From positions 1,302,001-1,366,000 of the forward strand of contig JBODTK010000016.1 in NCBI GenBank assembly GCA_050613775.1: a DNA stretch of 64,000 nucleotides. The letters run 5' to 3'. Shown piece after piece: positions 9,633-27,012 of this stretch. This DNA is from Neocallimastix sp. 'constans'. Lineage: Eukaryota. The notes under the pieces were generated by a model. It worked only from the letters and a program-made list of their open reading frames with translations. It was not told where the DNA came from and made no database searches. The first letter of the stretch is position 1. Each line of letters opens with the position of its first letter. A program made the position numbers and the translations under genes.

Positions 9633-10575
9633 TTATGAGTTTCGTTACACTAGATAAGAGATTTGTTAAGATTAGAAAACCCTTTCTTATTTAACCTTAT
9701 TTTCATAAAAAAATATAAATAAGGCTCTTAAGTTCTCTTTGAGAAATCAAGAGTTATTATTATAAAAACATAGTTATAATAGTAACAATTTTATATTTAT
9801 TTTTAACTTTAATAAATTAATAAAATATTTTATTCAAAAAACATATTTTAAAATCAAATTTATACAAATAATTCTTCTTTTGCTTTTCGTGTTATTATTA
9901 TAATTAATTTTATAATAAACTCTATAGGTAAAAAAAAAATTTTATTTTATTTTATTTTCTCAACTTAATGAATTAGTCGTTAAGTTGTAGTTAATAATTC
10001 TATTTTGAGTTAGTTCTTAATAGAATTATTACAATAATAACTCTTATTAGATTAGTTTAGGGTTAGATAAAATGTGAAAAATTTTTAGAATAGTGTAACA
10101 TTGGAAATTTTATTAGTGAATTAGTCTATTGAAATTATATATATTAGAATACAATAATAATATATATAGCTAGAGTGGCGCAAAAAAAAATTTTTTTATT
10201 AGCAATTTTGATTGAAAAAAAAAAAAAATTATATTAAAAAAAAATTATATTAAAACAAAAAAAAAAAAAAAAAAATTTTTTTAATAGTTAATAATAGAAT
10301 AATGAATTAATATTTTAGAATAGTTTTAGAGTAATTATAATAATTTAAAATAATTAAAATAATTTTAGAATAAATATAATAATATATAATAATATATAAT
10401 AGCTTTAGAATAATAATAAATTAGAATTATTTTAATAATTTAGAATTAATAGTATAGAATAATTTTAGTTAATATAATTAAGAATAGGAACAATAATTTA
10501 AAATAATTAAAAAAAAAATAATAATAAATAAATAAAGAAATAAACAAAAACATTAAAAAAAAAAAAATAAAAAAC

Positions 10576-10861
10576 AACAAACTGAGAAGGTAATAATACC
10601 TTCATATATAGAGTTAGCCATCTAACTGGGGATGGTGAGTACATTTTTAGGTAGTAATAAAGGAAAGGTCTCCTTTTCCTATACAGTAGCGGTTTGTACT
10701 GTACGGAAATGCTGTATTTAATGTGAAAGTATAGGTTATCCGAATGTAGCTCTAGCGAATAAGGAACTCTTGGTCACCGAAGGCCTCGAGGTTCTTCAAT
10801 ATTATGTATTGAAGTAAAATTATATAGTTTTAATTTTAATAATGGGTTTTAACAGTTTGTT
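10576..10861 (+). ncRNA. Structured cis-acting leader RNA element, copy 2 (E2); function unknown
   Basis: Same block order and stem topology as 2824-3109 with different stem sequences. Confidence 0.7.
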
Positions 10862-11332
10862 TATCACAAACAAAATTGGTTATAGCAGTCATGTTTCTTT
10901 TATGCTTGATTATATAAAACTGCTATGGAAAACATAAAATATTTTTTTATGTTTTAATGGATCACTTTTGCCGGTTTTTGAATGTTGTAAGACATAAGAA
11001 AGTGATATTGAGTTTTAATTAAAATAATACTAAATATTGTATTTATGCAGAAGTTTATAATAAAGGATAAGTTTATAATAATATTTTGTTAATCATTTTA
11101 ATTTAATTTCCAAGTACGTAGTTGACCGTTACTGGTAGGCTGTAACATTAGACCTACACCTAAGCCCTTTGGTTGATAAACCAAATGAACGGTAACATGG
11201 AAAGGAAGAAATTAAAGTGTATTCTATAAATTATTTATTAATTAAAATCCTTATTATAATTCTTAATTTTGTGTAATAAGAATGTCCATTTTGTTAACTC
11301 TATCATATTTTATCTATACATAAGGCACAAAA

Positions 11333-14300
11333 ATGGATTTCAATAGTAATAAACAAGCAATTTCTTCAAGTGAAGTTAATAATTCCTATATCCATGATGA
11401 AAATGCATTCAAACATATTACTGCAATCGCTGACTTCATTCCTGCTTTCTTTCCTCCAAAAGGAAAATGAAAGCAATAAACTAAATATCTTAGAAATTTT
11501 AATTCAAAGTGAAGATTTCTTTAAGGAGCATCCAAATTCTTTTCAAAAGGACGAACTAAAAAGTTCTTTTGTTATTAATAAACTTACTGGTACCGCTAGA
11601 AAATGGGGTCTCTCTCTTTTAACTGATGGTACTCTAAAGAACCTTAAATTTAGTAAGTTTAAGAAGCTCTTACTGGATAACTTTGATATTGGGAATGAAA
11701 GGAAGCAAAAATATGTCATCATGGAAAAGTTGTGGAAATTGAAACAACTTCAATTAGGAAATGTTGCTGAATATACTATTGAATTTCGGAGATTGGCTGG
11801 ACGTTTAGGATGGCCCGACGAAGTTTTAATTGATATCATCGGTAAGGGTCTACTTGACAAAGTCCGCGAAGAGTTTGATAAACTCAAAAAGCCATTTACT
11901 CTTTTTGAAGCTACCAACATTATTATTGGAATTGATAAGAGGTGTTTTTTGGAAAGTCGTTTACGCCACAAACAAAAAAATAAATTTAATAGAAAAATGT
12001 CGTTTCATAGGAAGAGAAACGATTTATTAAAATCAGAAAAGAATTCTAAACATTCTCATTTTAGAAAAAATAAGTCTAAAAACGACATACTTTCAGCAAA
12101 TTACAACCCGAATATTAAAACAACAATCACAACTACCTTCTACCTTGATATTAATGGAAGAAATATTAAGGCAAATCTATTAATTGATTCGGGTTCCGCC
12201 AGAAGTTTTATTTGTAAAATCTTCGCAAATTCTAATAAATTACCTGTGTTAGGATTTAATTCTCAAATCAGCATCCAACTTCCTAATGGGAAAAGTATGA
12301 ATATCAGACAAACTACTAAGCCCCTTAAATTAAAATTTATGGATCATAAGGAAACTTTTGAATTCTGCATTGTTAATCTATTTCTTCAGGGCATTAATGG
12401 TATTCTTGGAAGGGATTGGTTATCCGTTCACAATCCTTTTATCGACTATAAAAATAATAGAATCTACTTCCTTGGTAGATACTGTGGCTCACATTGCCCA
12501 TCCTCCAGAAGTAATAAGTTTTTTAATCAAAATAAAAATATTACTGCTTCAATGTTGGATAATTCAGAAGAAGATTCAGTATTACCAAATTCGGCTTTTG
12601 ATACAGATATCTCAGATTCTGATTTATGTGCTGCAATGATTGATTCAGAAGAAACAAGCACTGACGTTCAGGGAAAAGAAGAGATTATTAATAAACACTA
12701 TTCGGATCTTAAAATAGTATATGAAAAGAAACAAGCTGAGAACTTACCACCCCATCGTGACTATGATATTGCTATTGAGCTTATTCCTCGTGGACAACTC
12801 TTTTTGGTCCAATATACTCTCTTACTGTACAAGAAATGAAAGCTTTAAAGGATTATATTAAGGAAAATTTAAAAAAGAAATTCATTAGAAAGTCAAAATC
12901 ACCAGCAGGTGCTCCTATATTATTTGTAATGAAACGCAATGGTATCCTTAGACTCTGTGTAGATTATCGCCGATTAAATGCTATCACAATCCGTAATAGC
13001 TACCCAATTCCAAGAATAAATGACTTGATTGAATCCTTTCAAGGAGCAAAGATATTTACTCGTCTTGACCTTAGGTCTGCTTATAACCTAATCAGAGTTA
13101 AAGAAGGTCACGAATATCTTACTGCTTTTAGAATCCCTTTAGGACATTTCGAATATCTCGTTATGCCTTTTATACTTCGAAATGCCCCTTAGGTTTTTCA
13201 ACGTTTTGTACAAGATATCTTCAGTGATATCATTGGTTCTTTCGTGTAAGTCTATCTGGACGACATCATTATTTACTCTAACCACGAAAAAGAACATATT
13301 AAACATGTTAGGATTGTTCTTCAACTTCTCATCAACAATGGATTATATGCTAAATTAGAGAAATGTGACTTCCATGTTACTAAAACCACTTTCTTAGGCT
13401 TCACTGTTTCTGTAGATGGTCTCACTATGGATAAGGATAAGGTAAAAACTGTTCTGGATTGGCCTATTCCAAAGAATCAAAAGGAATTACAAAGTTTTCT
13501 AGGCTTATGTAATTTCTATCGAAAGTTTATCTACAATTTTGCCAAAAATATGGAACCTCTTCGTCGACTTTTAAGGAAAAATACTACATTTAATTGGGAT
13601 GAATCAGCATTTGAAGCTTTTAATAAATTGAAAGAATCTTTTAAAGCTGATGAAGTGCTCATTTTTCCTAATCCAGAGAAAGAATTCATCGTTGAAACAG
13701 ATGCTAGCGACTTTGCTGTCGGTTGCATACTTTCTCAGGTTAGTGATACTGATAACTTACTGCATCCCGTAGCCTTCCATTCTAGATCCCTCAATAAAGC
13801 AGAAGTCAATTATACTATATATGATAAAGAACTTCTTGCTATAATTACTGCGTTTGAAACTTGGAGGCATCATTTAGAAGGCGCAAAATTTCCCGTTCAA
13901 GTAATAACAGACCACAAGAACTTATTGTATTTTAAGAAACCCCAACATTTAATTCAAAAACAAATTCGTTGGAGTCTCTTTTTATCAAAGTTTGACTATA
14001 AGATTGCATTCAGATCAGGCGCTAAAAGTGGCAAACCAGATGCTCTTTCAAGACGCCCAGATTTTAAATCTGACTCTTCATCTGAATCACAACCTATAAT
14101 TAACAATAATGCTTTCTGCTGTGCTATAAATGACAATATTAGTAGTCTTATTGAAGCAAAGAAAACTGATAATTATTGTAAAAATAACCTTTTAAAAATA
14201 AGGGATAAGTCAAACAACGCCAAAAGTTCTTTATTTTCCTTCGTCGATGGCGTGCTTCACTTTCAAAAGCGTATTATTATCCCTTCCAGTCTCAGGGCTA

Positions 14301-15360
14301 GACTTTTAAAGTCTTTCCATGATGCACCCACTAGTGGCCATCAGGGGGTAGATAGGACCTTTGAAAAACTCAGAAGGAACTACTGGTGGCCTAATATGAA
14401 AAAAGATATTTCAAATTATGTGACTTCTTGTGATGTTTGTTGAGAAATAAAATCCATCGTCATAAACCTTATGGTAAACTAATACCACTTCCTACTCCTA
14501 CAAAACCCTGGGAAGTTATTGACGTCGATTTTATTGTTTCATTGCCTTCTTCACAAGATTGCATTTGTATCATGGTTGTTTCTGATCATTTAACCAAAAT
14601 GATTCATTTAGTACCCTGCTCCGATGTTCCCTCTGACGATTTAACTGCCAAGCTCTTACTTTTCCAAGTCTTTAAGTATCATGGTTTTCCTAAAGTGATT
14701 GTGTCTGATCATGGTTCCCAATTCTCTTCTCAATTTTGGACTTCGTTGTGCGATGCTATTCGTGCTAAACTAAGACTTGCTACTGCTCACCACCAACAAT
14801 CAAATGGTCAGGTTGAACGGGCTAATGCTGTAATAGAACAATATCTTCGCTGCTATTGTTCTTCTGCTCAAAACGAATGGTGTTTCTACCTCCCTTTATG
14901 TGAAATGTCCTACAACAACTTCATTCACAAATCAATATCTCAAACTCCTTTTCATGCTAACTATGGATTTGACCCAAATTGTGTTATTGATTCACCACCG
15001 ATTCTGCTAAAAGATAGTGACTCTGTTCTTACTAGGGATTGGTCTTCACATTTCAATGCCCTTCGTCAACATTTAGTTAAAGCCAAAGAAGATTTTAAGA
15101 AATATGCTGACAATAAAAAATCTGTAGGACCTGACTTTAAGGTAAATGATTTGGTTATGCTTAGATGATACTACTTTACGAATGAGCATTCTAGAAAATT
15201 ATCCACTCAATAACTTGGACCTTTTAAAATCATCGAGAAAAGGGAAAGAATGAATTACCATTTGGAACTTCCAGAGAACTTACATCTCCATCCTGTATTT
15301 CATATCTCACAATTGGAACCATATACTAAAAGAAATGAAGACTTAATGGAAACATCATAA
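11333..15360 (+). pseudogene. E2 gag-pol polyprotein pseudogene (Gag, protease, RT, RNase H, integrase)
   Basis: LLIDSGS protease; [43 protein letters not shown]...CDVC, SDHGSQF, GQVER; GPFKI and HPVFHISQLEPY. Gag and protease in one frame. Frameshifts near 11460, 12805, 14440; stops at 13190, 13247, 15166, 15211. Confidence 0.92.
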
Positions 15361-15469
15361 TTAAACAGAGCAATGTAAGAATCTATAATTATTTGCTAAC
15401 AAATAATTATATTTTCTTAGTTAAGTTATCTCTTTTCTGTGTCTCTACACCATGCACCTCCATTACAAT

Positions 15470-15780
15470 TATAAAGGTCTTATGAATCAGAAACATATTA
15501 CAAGAATTATTTAATTTCAATAAGCCTATTAAAATTTACACTGACAATATAGCTAGCAAAACCAACATTAAGAAAGACGAAATCAACACTATATTAAAAT
15601 ATATCCATATTAAATTTTTCTTTAATAAAAACAGCATCAATGAAAGTAAAATAACTTTAGATTATATTGAGTCAAAGGAAATGCTAGCTGATAATATTCT
15701 AACAAAACATAAAAATAGTAAAAATATAGTTAACTTCGTGAACAAAGTTTTTATAAATGAAAACTTGTTTGAGAGGGAAG
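15470..15780 (+). mobile_element. Ty1/Copia remnant: RNase H C-terminus plus polypurine tract; LTR begins at 15781
   Basis: Frame from 15483 reads *IRNILQELFNFNKPIKIYTDNIAS...KYIHIKFFF...LDYIESKEMLADNILTK (Copia RNase H pattern); PPT GAGAGGGAAG 15771-15780 directly followed by TGTT. Confidence 0.82.
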
Positions 15781-17361
15781 TGTTAAAATATGTAAATATT
15801 TAATAAAATAAATCATAAAATATTTCATATAATAAAATATATAAAATATATAAAATATTTGTATATAAATAATATAAATGTATATACATAAATCAATATA
15901 ATATCATATGACGTCATACGATAAATATATATAATTAAAATTATAAATTTTTATTCATGTTCATTTTAAATATAACTTTACATTAATAAATTAACTTTTT
16001 AGTATAAATAAATAAGCAATAATATATACAATTACATTTGTGTGTTTCTACCCATAGTCGTTAAAAATAATGATAATAATAATAATAAATAATAAATAAA
16101 TAATAATGAATAATAAATATTATATAACAAATAATAATAATAATAATATTAATTTTAATATCAATAATGTCCAGTGTTTATGTTTTTTTATTTTTTTATT
16201 TTTATTTTTTTTCTGTTGTTTTTATAAAATTTAATGATACTTTTATCCATATCTTTATTTTCTTTTGTTCATTTTATAATTTATGTATATTTTATAGTTA
16301 ATTCAATTATTAAGAGTTTTATTTTATATTTATTTTTCAATTCAATATATTATGAATAATATAAAAATCTACAATAAATTTAATATTTTATAATTTAATA
16401 TCAATATGAATATTTTTCAAATATACTTTATATATGAAAATATTTATTAATAGATTTTGTTCTTTTTATTAATTATTTCTTTTATTTATATTTAATAAAT
16501 CTTTTTTTTATTTATTTTTCTTTTTTAAAAAAAAAAATAAAAATTAATAAATATATAATATTAAAAAAAAAAAAAGAGGATCATATATAAAAAGATTTTA
16601 TATAAAGTGGTTTTGTTCTTTTTTAAAAAATATATATTATTATTATTTTTTTATTTATTTATTTATTTTATTTTTTTCTTTTAATCAAGATTTATTTTAG
16701 TAAGTAGTATACATATATATTAATAATCAAATTTAAATAATATAAAACTTTTTTTTTTTATTAAATCAATATTATTTAAAAATAATTAAAAAAAAAAAAT
16801 AGTACAAAAAAAAAAAAACATTTTAAAAGAACCAAAAAGTATTTTTTTTTTTTTACTATATTTTTTCTCTACTTAATATATATAAATAGACAAATATTCT
16901 TTCTTCTATTTACATATATATATAAAAATCTATTTATTTATGTAATATTAATTATTTTTTTTTAATTATTTTTTTTTATTTTTAATTTTATTTTTTTTTT
17001 TTAATATATTGAAAATATTATTAAATAAACAGAATCTTTTTTAAAACTATAAAGACAACAAGAATCTTTTTTTTTTTTTTTCTATTTATAAAAAAGGAAA
17101 TAATAATAAAAATAATAATAATAATAATTGAATAAATAATTTGTTGTTATATTCCTGATTATTTTATAAACTTAAACAGTAAACAAATAGCAAATTAAGC
17201 AATAAATCAAAAGAAAAAAAAAATAAAAAATTTGATTTTTTTAAATATCTTTTTTTTTTTTTTTTTTTTTTGATATTCTTTTTTAATAATATAATAATAT
17301 CTTACTTTTGTTTAAAAAACATATCAGTATTCTTTAATTTAAAATAAATAAAATAATAAAG

Positions 17362-21585
<4,224 letters not shown>

Positions 21586-22124
21586 ACTGCTTTTGATGTA
21601 TATAAAAAATCTATTATTCGATTATTTCTTTTTTTTATATATAAACTATTTTTAATAATATGTTTAATAATTAAATTTTATTTATTTATTAAAGATTTCT
21701 ATTATTATTATTTTTTTATTAAATAATTGATAATTATGATTTTAAATTGTTGTTTTCATAATATGATAATAATAATTATAAAAATCGGTCAATAAATAAA
21801 TAAATAAATAAAACTATTAACATCAAAATAATTATATATAATATTGTAATACTAAATTTTATATTCGTTTATATGTGAAAAAATAATAATAATTCAAGTT
21901 ATTTTTTACAATTAATAAATTCAAATAGTAAAATTTAAACAAATAATAATAATAATAATAATAATACAAGATATCTTTATAACTAAGAAATACGAATAGT
22001 AAAATTTAAACAATACAAAACAAAAAAATAATAAAAGATACTTTTACAATTTATAAATACGAATAATGAAATTTAAACACATAAAAAAAAAAATAAAAAT
22101 AAAAATAAAATAAAATAAAATAAA

Positions 22125-22166
<42 letters not shown>

Positions 22167-23660
22167 AAATATAAATAATATTAATAAATTGAAAATATCA
22201 ATAAAAAAAATCTTATTAAATAAGTATAAATAAAATTGAAAATACCAATAAATAAAATAAAAATAGTTTTATATTATTATTAATGTTATAATTATTATTG
22301 TTATTATTACATTACATTTTATTTTTTTTTATTAATTTTTTAAGACAATATAATTACTAATATTATATTGTATGATCAATTATAATCAACTTTAAAGATT
22401 TGCGCTAACTTTTATAGTTTTAGCGATAACTATTAAAATAAATTGCTAATTATATATTGGTGTTCTTGCTAAATTATAATTTTGGGGTCATAAAATTGAT
22501 TACATTTATAATAAATTATATATTATACAAGTCATTTTAGTAAATAATGTAAACTGTTTCATAATTTATATATATCCAGTATTTCTTTTTATTGGCCAAT
22601 TTTTTATAATTTTCTCTATTTAGGTTATTTTTTATTCATTTCCAAAATACATATGATTTTTAAATAATCAACACAAAAAATCAAATAAGTAATTCTCCTT
22701 TATAATTTTATGTTCTTTACTGTATATTGCCTATATTCCCCCTTCCCCTTAAGTCCAAATTTCTAATTTTCTCATCACTAAATATAAAATATTAATAATA
22801 AAAGTTTAATAATTATAATTTCTAAAATATTATTAATAAGTATAGTTTGTAGATAATTTAATAAATTTATATTTAATAAATATATGTTTTTTCATAGTAA
22901 TAACTGTTATATTAATTTCTTATTTTAATATTTTTTTTATAATATATTAATTAGAATAGTTATTGTTAAGAGTCATGAATTTATAGTTTATAATTATGTC
23001 AACTTTATTAATATATTTTATGATAAAGAGTTACTAGCACTTAATTATTCTAAATTAAATACTTTTATATTAATACATTGTGGCTTATACATTATTTATA
23101 TTACAATATGTTTCAATACATTTGAAGCTTATTTTTCATACATTTCACATATTCTAACAGTTATTTTATTTTATATATTTTATAATAATAATTTAACTTT
23201 AATATGTTATAATTAACAGTTATATATTATATTATAATATTATAATTAAATAGTTGTTATATTATTTATATATTATTATTATTTTTTTATAATTATTTAT
23301 ATTTTATTTTTCTTATACAATTATTTTACCATAATTAATTCAATCTATAAAATAATTATTTAAAAAATTTTTTTATTATAACTTTTATATATAGTTTTAT
23401 TTTAAATCCTTAAAAGAATAAAAAAAAAAAAAAAAAACTTTAAATATATCTCAAAATAATTAATATCTTTTTATTTTATGGTAGGTTAATATTAAATATT
23501 GATAAATATATATATATATATATATATTTAATGATTAATTATCATTTAACTATTAGAATCATATTTTTTAAATTTTTAATAATTAAAAAATATTTAAGTT
23601 TTTCTATTTAATATATATATATATATATATATATATTGATTATGAAATGAATACTGCAAA

Positions 23661-24545
23661 TTAGATATAAGCAGTTGATTCTTTACTAATTGAGTTTCTT
23701 TTTAATTCTCTCTTTTGAACTTCATGTATTAAATCATTTTCAATAGACTTCTTTCTCTGTTTTTATTTTATTATTAATTAATTTATATAAATCAAAATTT
23801 TAATTAGTTCAATTTATATTTATACATATATTTTTAAATAAATTTACTAATATTTACGTTCTTATCATTTGGTGATAAATTATCATATGAACGAGCTTGT
23901 TCTCTTCTTTTTCTATAATTTATATTTATAAATATTTTTATTAGATTATTTAATTATTTATTATGAATTTAATTTTAATATAATTGTTCAAAAAAAAAAA
24001 AAATAATAATAATTATAAATTTGAAAAATGTTATTATAAATTTTTAATTAATTAAACTTCTATATTTTTAATATATATGAATATTTATATTTATAAATAA
24101 AATAACCTTTCTTCTTCAGATGCCTATAGAATTATTAAATTTAAATTTTAATTACAATAATAATAATAGCAATAATAAGAATACCAATACCCAAAACAAT
24201 ATATGATATAATAATGTATAATTATAATGATAATAATTAATATTTAATGCATATTAACTTCATCAATAATTAAAAACATATTTATCTTCATACATCAATG
24301 GCATCTTTAATACACTTTTGTCTAACTATATTTTCTTGAACTCGAGCCTTTAAATCTTCTTGTTTTTCAAGTTCGATTCTGCGGTTTCTATTATAAATTA
24401 ATATTGTTATATTTTTATATTGAATATATACATTACATTAGTATTATAATATATATAAGAAAAAAATATCATATTTTTAATTTATTAATATATACTATAT
24501 ACACGTTTATAAAAAATATTTACCTTTCTTCCTCAGAAGCCTTTA

Positions 24546-24594
<49 letters not shown>

Positions 24595-25292
24595 GTATTT
24601 ACAGTTTATATTTTAATGTTTCATAATAGTAAAAGGAATTATTAATTATTGATTTTATTTTATTTTTGCATTATTTCTTAATATATTATTTATACATTAA
24701 TGGCGTCCTTAATGTTCTTTTGTCTAACTATATTTTCTTGAACACGAGCTTTTAAATCTTCTTGTTTTTCAAGATTAATTCTACGATGTCTTTTACAATT
24801 TTATATTCATATTTAATAAAAAAAGAATGGTAGAACATTAAATATTATTAAATTATTATTAACGAATAATAAAAATATTATAAATTTAGAGATTAATAAT
24901 TATTAACCTTTCTTCTTCAGAGGCCTATATGATTATTTAAAAAATATAAATGATATATATATATTAATTTTGTTTAAAAAAAATTACAAATAAAAATGTC
25001 AGTTATTATACATATTTTTTTTATAAAATTTTAATATTATATTGATTAATTCTATTAATGCTAGCCTCATTAATTTACATACAGCAATGGCGTCACTGAT
25101 ATTTTTTTGCCTAACTATAGTTTCTTGGACACGCATTTTTAAATCTTCTTGTTCCATATCAATACTATCCTATTTCATGTTTGATAAAATGAATAGTTTA
25201 AGTTTATATATTTAAATGGTTACTTTGTATAATACTTATTACAAGAACTAAAATATACTCATTATTTTTTTATTTTTAATTACGTTTTCCAT
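23661..25292 (-). CDS. Small (161 aa) charged helical protein with three 37-aa repeats, 9 exons; absent from the ORF track
   Basis: Exons 25292-25284, 25169-25083, 24924-24908, 24789-24696, 24540-24524, 24387-24294, 24123-24107, 23912-23858, 23756-23661, all GT-AG; they sum to 486 nt with an open frame. Confidence 0.82.
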
Positions 25293-26096
25293 TTTGTTTA
25301 TTTTTATTTATTTTTTTTCTCAATAGTATAGATATTAAAAAAATATTTAATAAATATGATGTAATTTTAATTAATTAATAATTTTTTAAAAAATATAATT
25401 CAAAAAAATTCTTTTAAGAAAAATAAAGTAAAATTAAAAAGTTTTATGAAATATCAGTGAATTAAAATAGATATTATAATAAGATATAATATGTAAATAT
25501 CTCTAATATGTAATTCTATAATTAGCATAATTGTTAAATGTTGTTATTTATTATATAATTAGAATAAAAATATGTAATTGAAATTTTTAATTTTAATTTT
25601 AAAAAGTTTAAATGTTAGCATAATAAAATAAAATAATTATAGAATTAATTTTATTACTTTATTTTATTTTTTATTCTATTTTTTTTTTTATAATAAATTA
25701 ACCAATATTATTGTAATATTTATACTTATTTATTATTTTATCAAATTTTGTTTTATTAAAGTTCTTTTTTAATTATTAAAAAATATATTTTATATATTAA
25801 ATAAATAATTGAAATATACAAACTTTTTACTTCACATTATAATTTAAAAACAAAAATAAAATGATTTCTTCATTTTTATTTCTATTAATTTTTTAAAAAA
25901 GTTTTTCAATATATATATATATATATTTGAATAATGAATAAATTATAAATATTTATTTTTCAAACATGACTTATTAAACTAGATAAAATTGGAAAAAAAA
26001 ATTTTTTTAAAATATTTTAAAAAAAATTTAAATATATTTTGAATTATAATTTTTTTTTCTATTAATTAATAATATAAATCATTTTATTGAATAAAA

Positions 26097-27012
26097 CTAT
26101 TCAGTTGTTAATGTTGTTGAATTATTCATAAAAAGTTTATTTTCATCTTTTTTATTAAAAATACCATCTGGTCTTTTCTCTTCCTCTGCAATAAAATTTA
26201 ATACTTCTTCTACAAAATCTTTATTCTTTTCAGATTCTTTATATTTAATTCCTCTTTTAATAGCCTCATTAAAAGCTTTTACAACATTTGTACCATCACT
26301 TGCAGAAACTAATTAAATGAAATAAAATAAAAAACATATTTTATATAAATTTTAAATTATAAAAATAGAAAAAAAGATGTATAAAAATAATAATAATAAT
26401 AATAATAAAGAAAAAATGATTAATTATATATATAAATTTATTAGTTAAATATTTATTATTTATGTTTATTTAATATTTAATCTAATTTTTTATAAATTAT
26501 TTTATATTACCAAAGAATAATGGTAAATCTTCTGCTTCGCCTTTCTTCTTTCTTTCAACAAATCCATATCTTTTTTTAGCTCTTTCTGGCTCAGCGTCAA
26601 CTTTATTGGCTATAACAACAACAGGAATATTATTTCTATATTTCATTACTTCATCATACCAATGTTGAAGATTTTTATATGTAATTTTTCTTGTAAGGTC
26701 AAAACATAATATACAAACATGTGCCATATGATAATATGAAGGATGCATGGATTGAAATCTTTCTTGTCCAGCTGTGTCCCAGAATTCAACTGAAATTGGT
26801 GGAGCATTTGGATTTAATGGATGTGGACAGGTATGACGATAAAGTGTTAACGCGTAAGTAGATAATTGATATGGTATATAGTCATTTAAAAGAAATCGTT
26901 CAATTAATTTTGATTTTCCTACCGCTGAATCGCCTAATAATATTACTTTTAAATCACAAGGTTTATTATTTGAATCATCTTTATTTTTAAATTCTGTAGC
27001 TGCTGTTGCCAT
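26097..27012 (-). CDS. RABL2: Rab-like GTPase 2 (IFT-associated), 2 exons, 237 aa
   Basis: KVILLGDSAVGKSKLIERFL...QLSTYALTLYRH, FWDTAGQERFQSMHPSYY, ANKVD, VSASDGTNVVK; exons 27012-26511 and 26308-26097. Confidence 0.92.

Larger units (their letters stand above)
9664..15467 (+). mobile_element. Degenerate Tf2/chromovirus-like Ty3/Gypsy retrotransposon E2; ends uncertain
   Basis: gag-PR-RT-RH-IN coding remnants 11333-15360; candidate LTR-like segment 9664-10033 and TGTAA...TTACA segment 15374-15467, which do not match each other. Confidence 0.75.

Noticed and set aside
10582..10640. TPP riboswitch (CTGAGA...ATACC)
   Set aside because: No GAACCUGA or P4/P5 phosphate-sensing arm, and CTGAGA is absent from the E1 copy.
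11153..11170. Twister or pistol ribozyme (CCTAAGCCC); also GGTCCTAAG near 1914
   Set aside because: Pairing partners and pseudoknot strands of those folds are missing.
22380..22760. Possible DNA transposon remnant (CGCTAA/TTAGCG palindrome, C-rich patch)
   Set aside because: No paired terminal repeats, TSD or coding remnant found.
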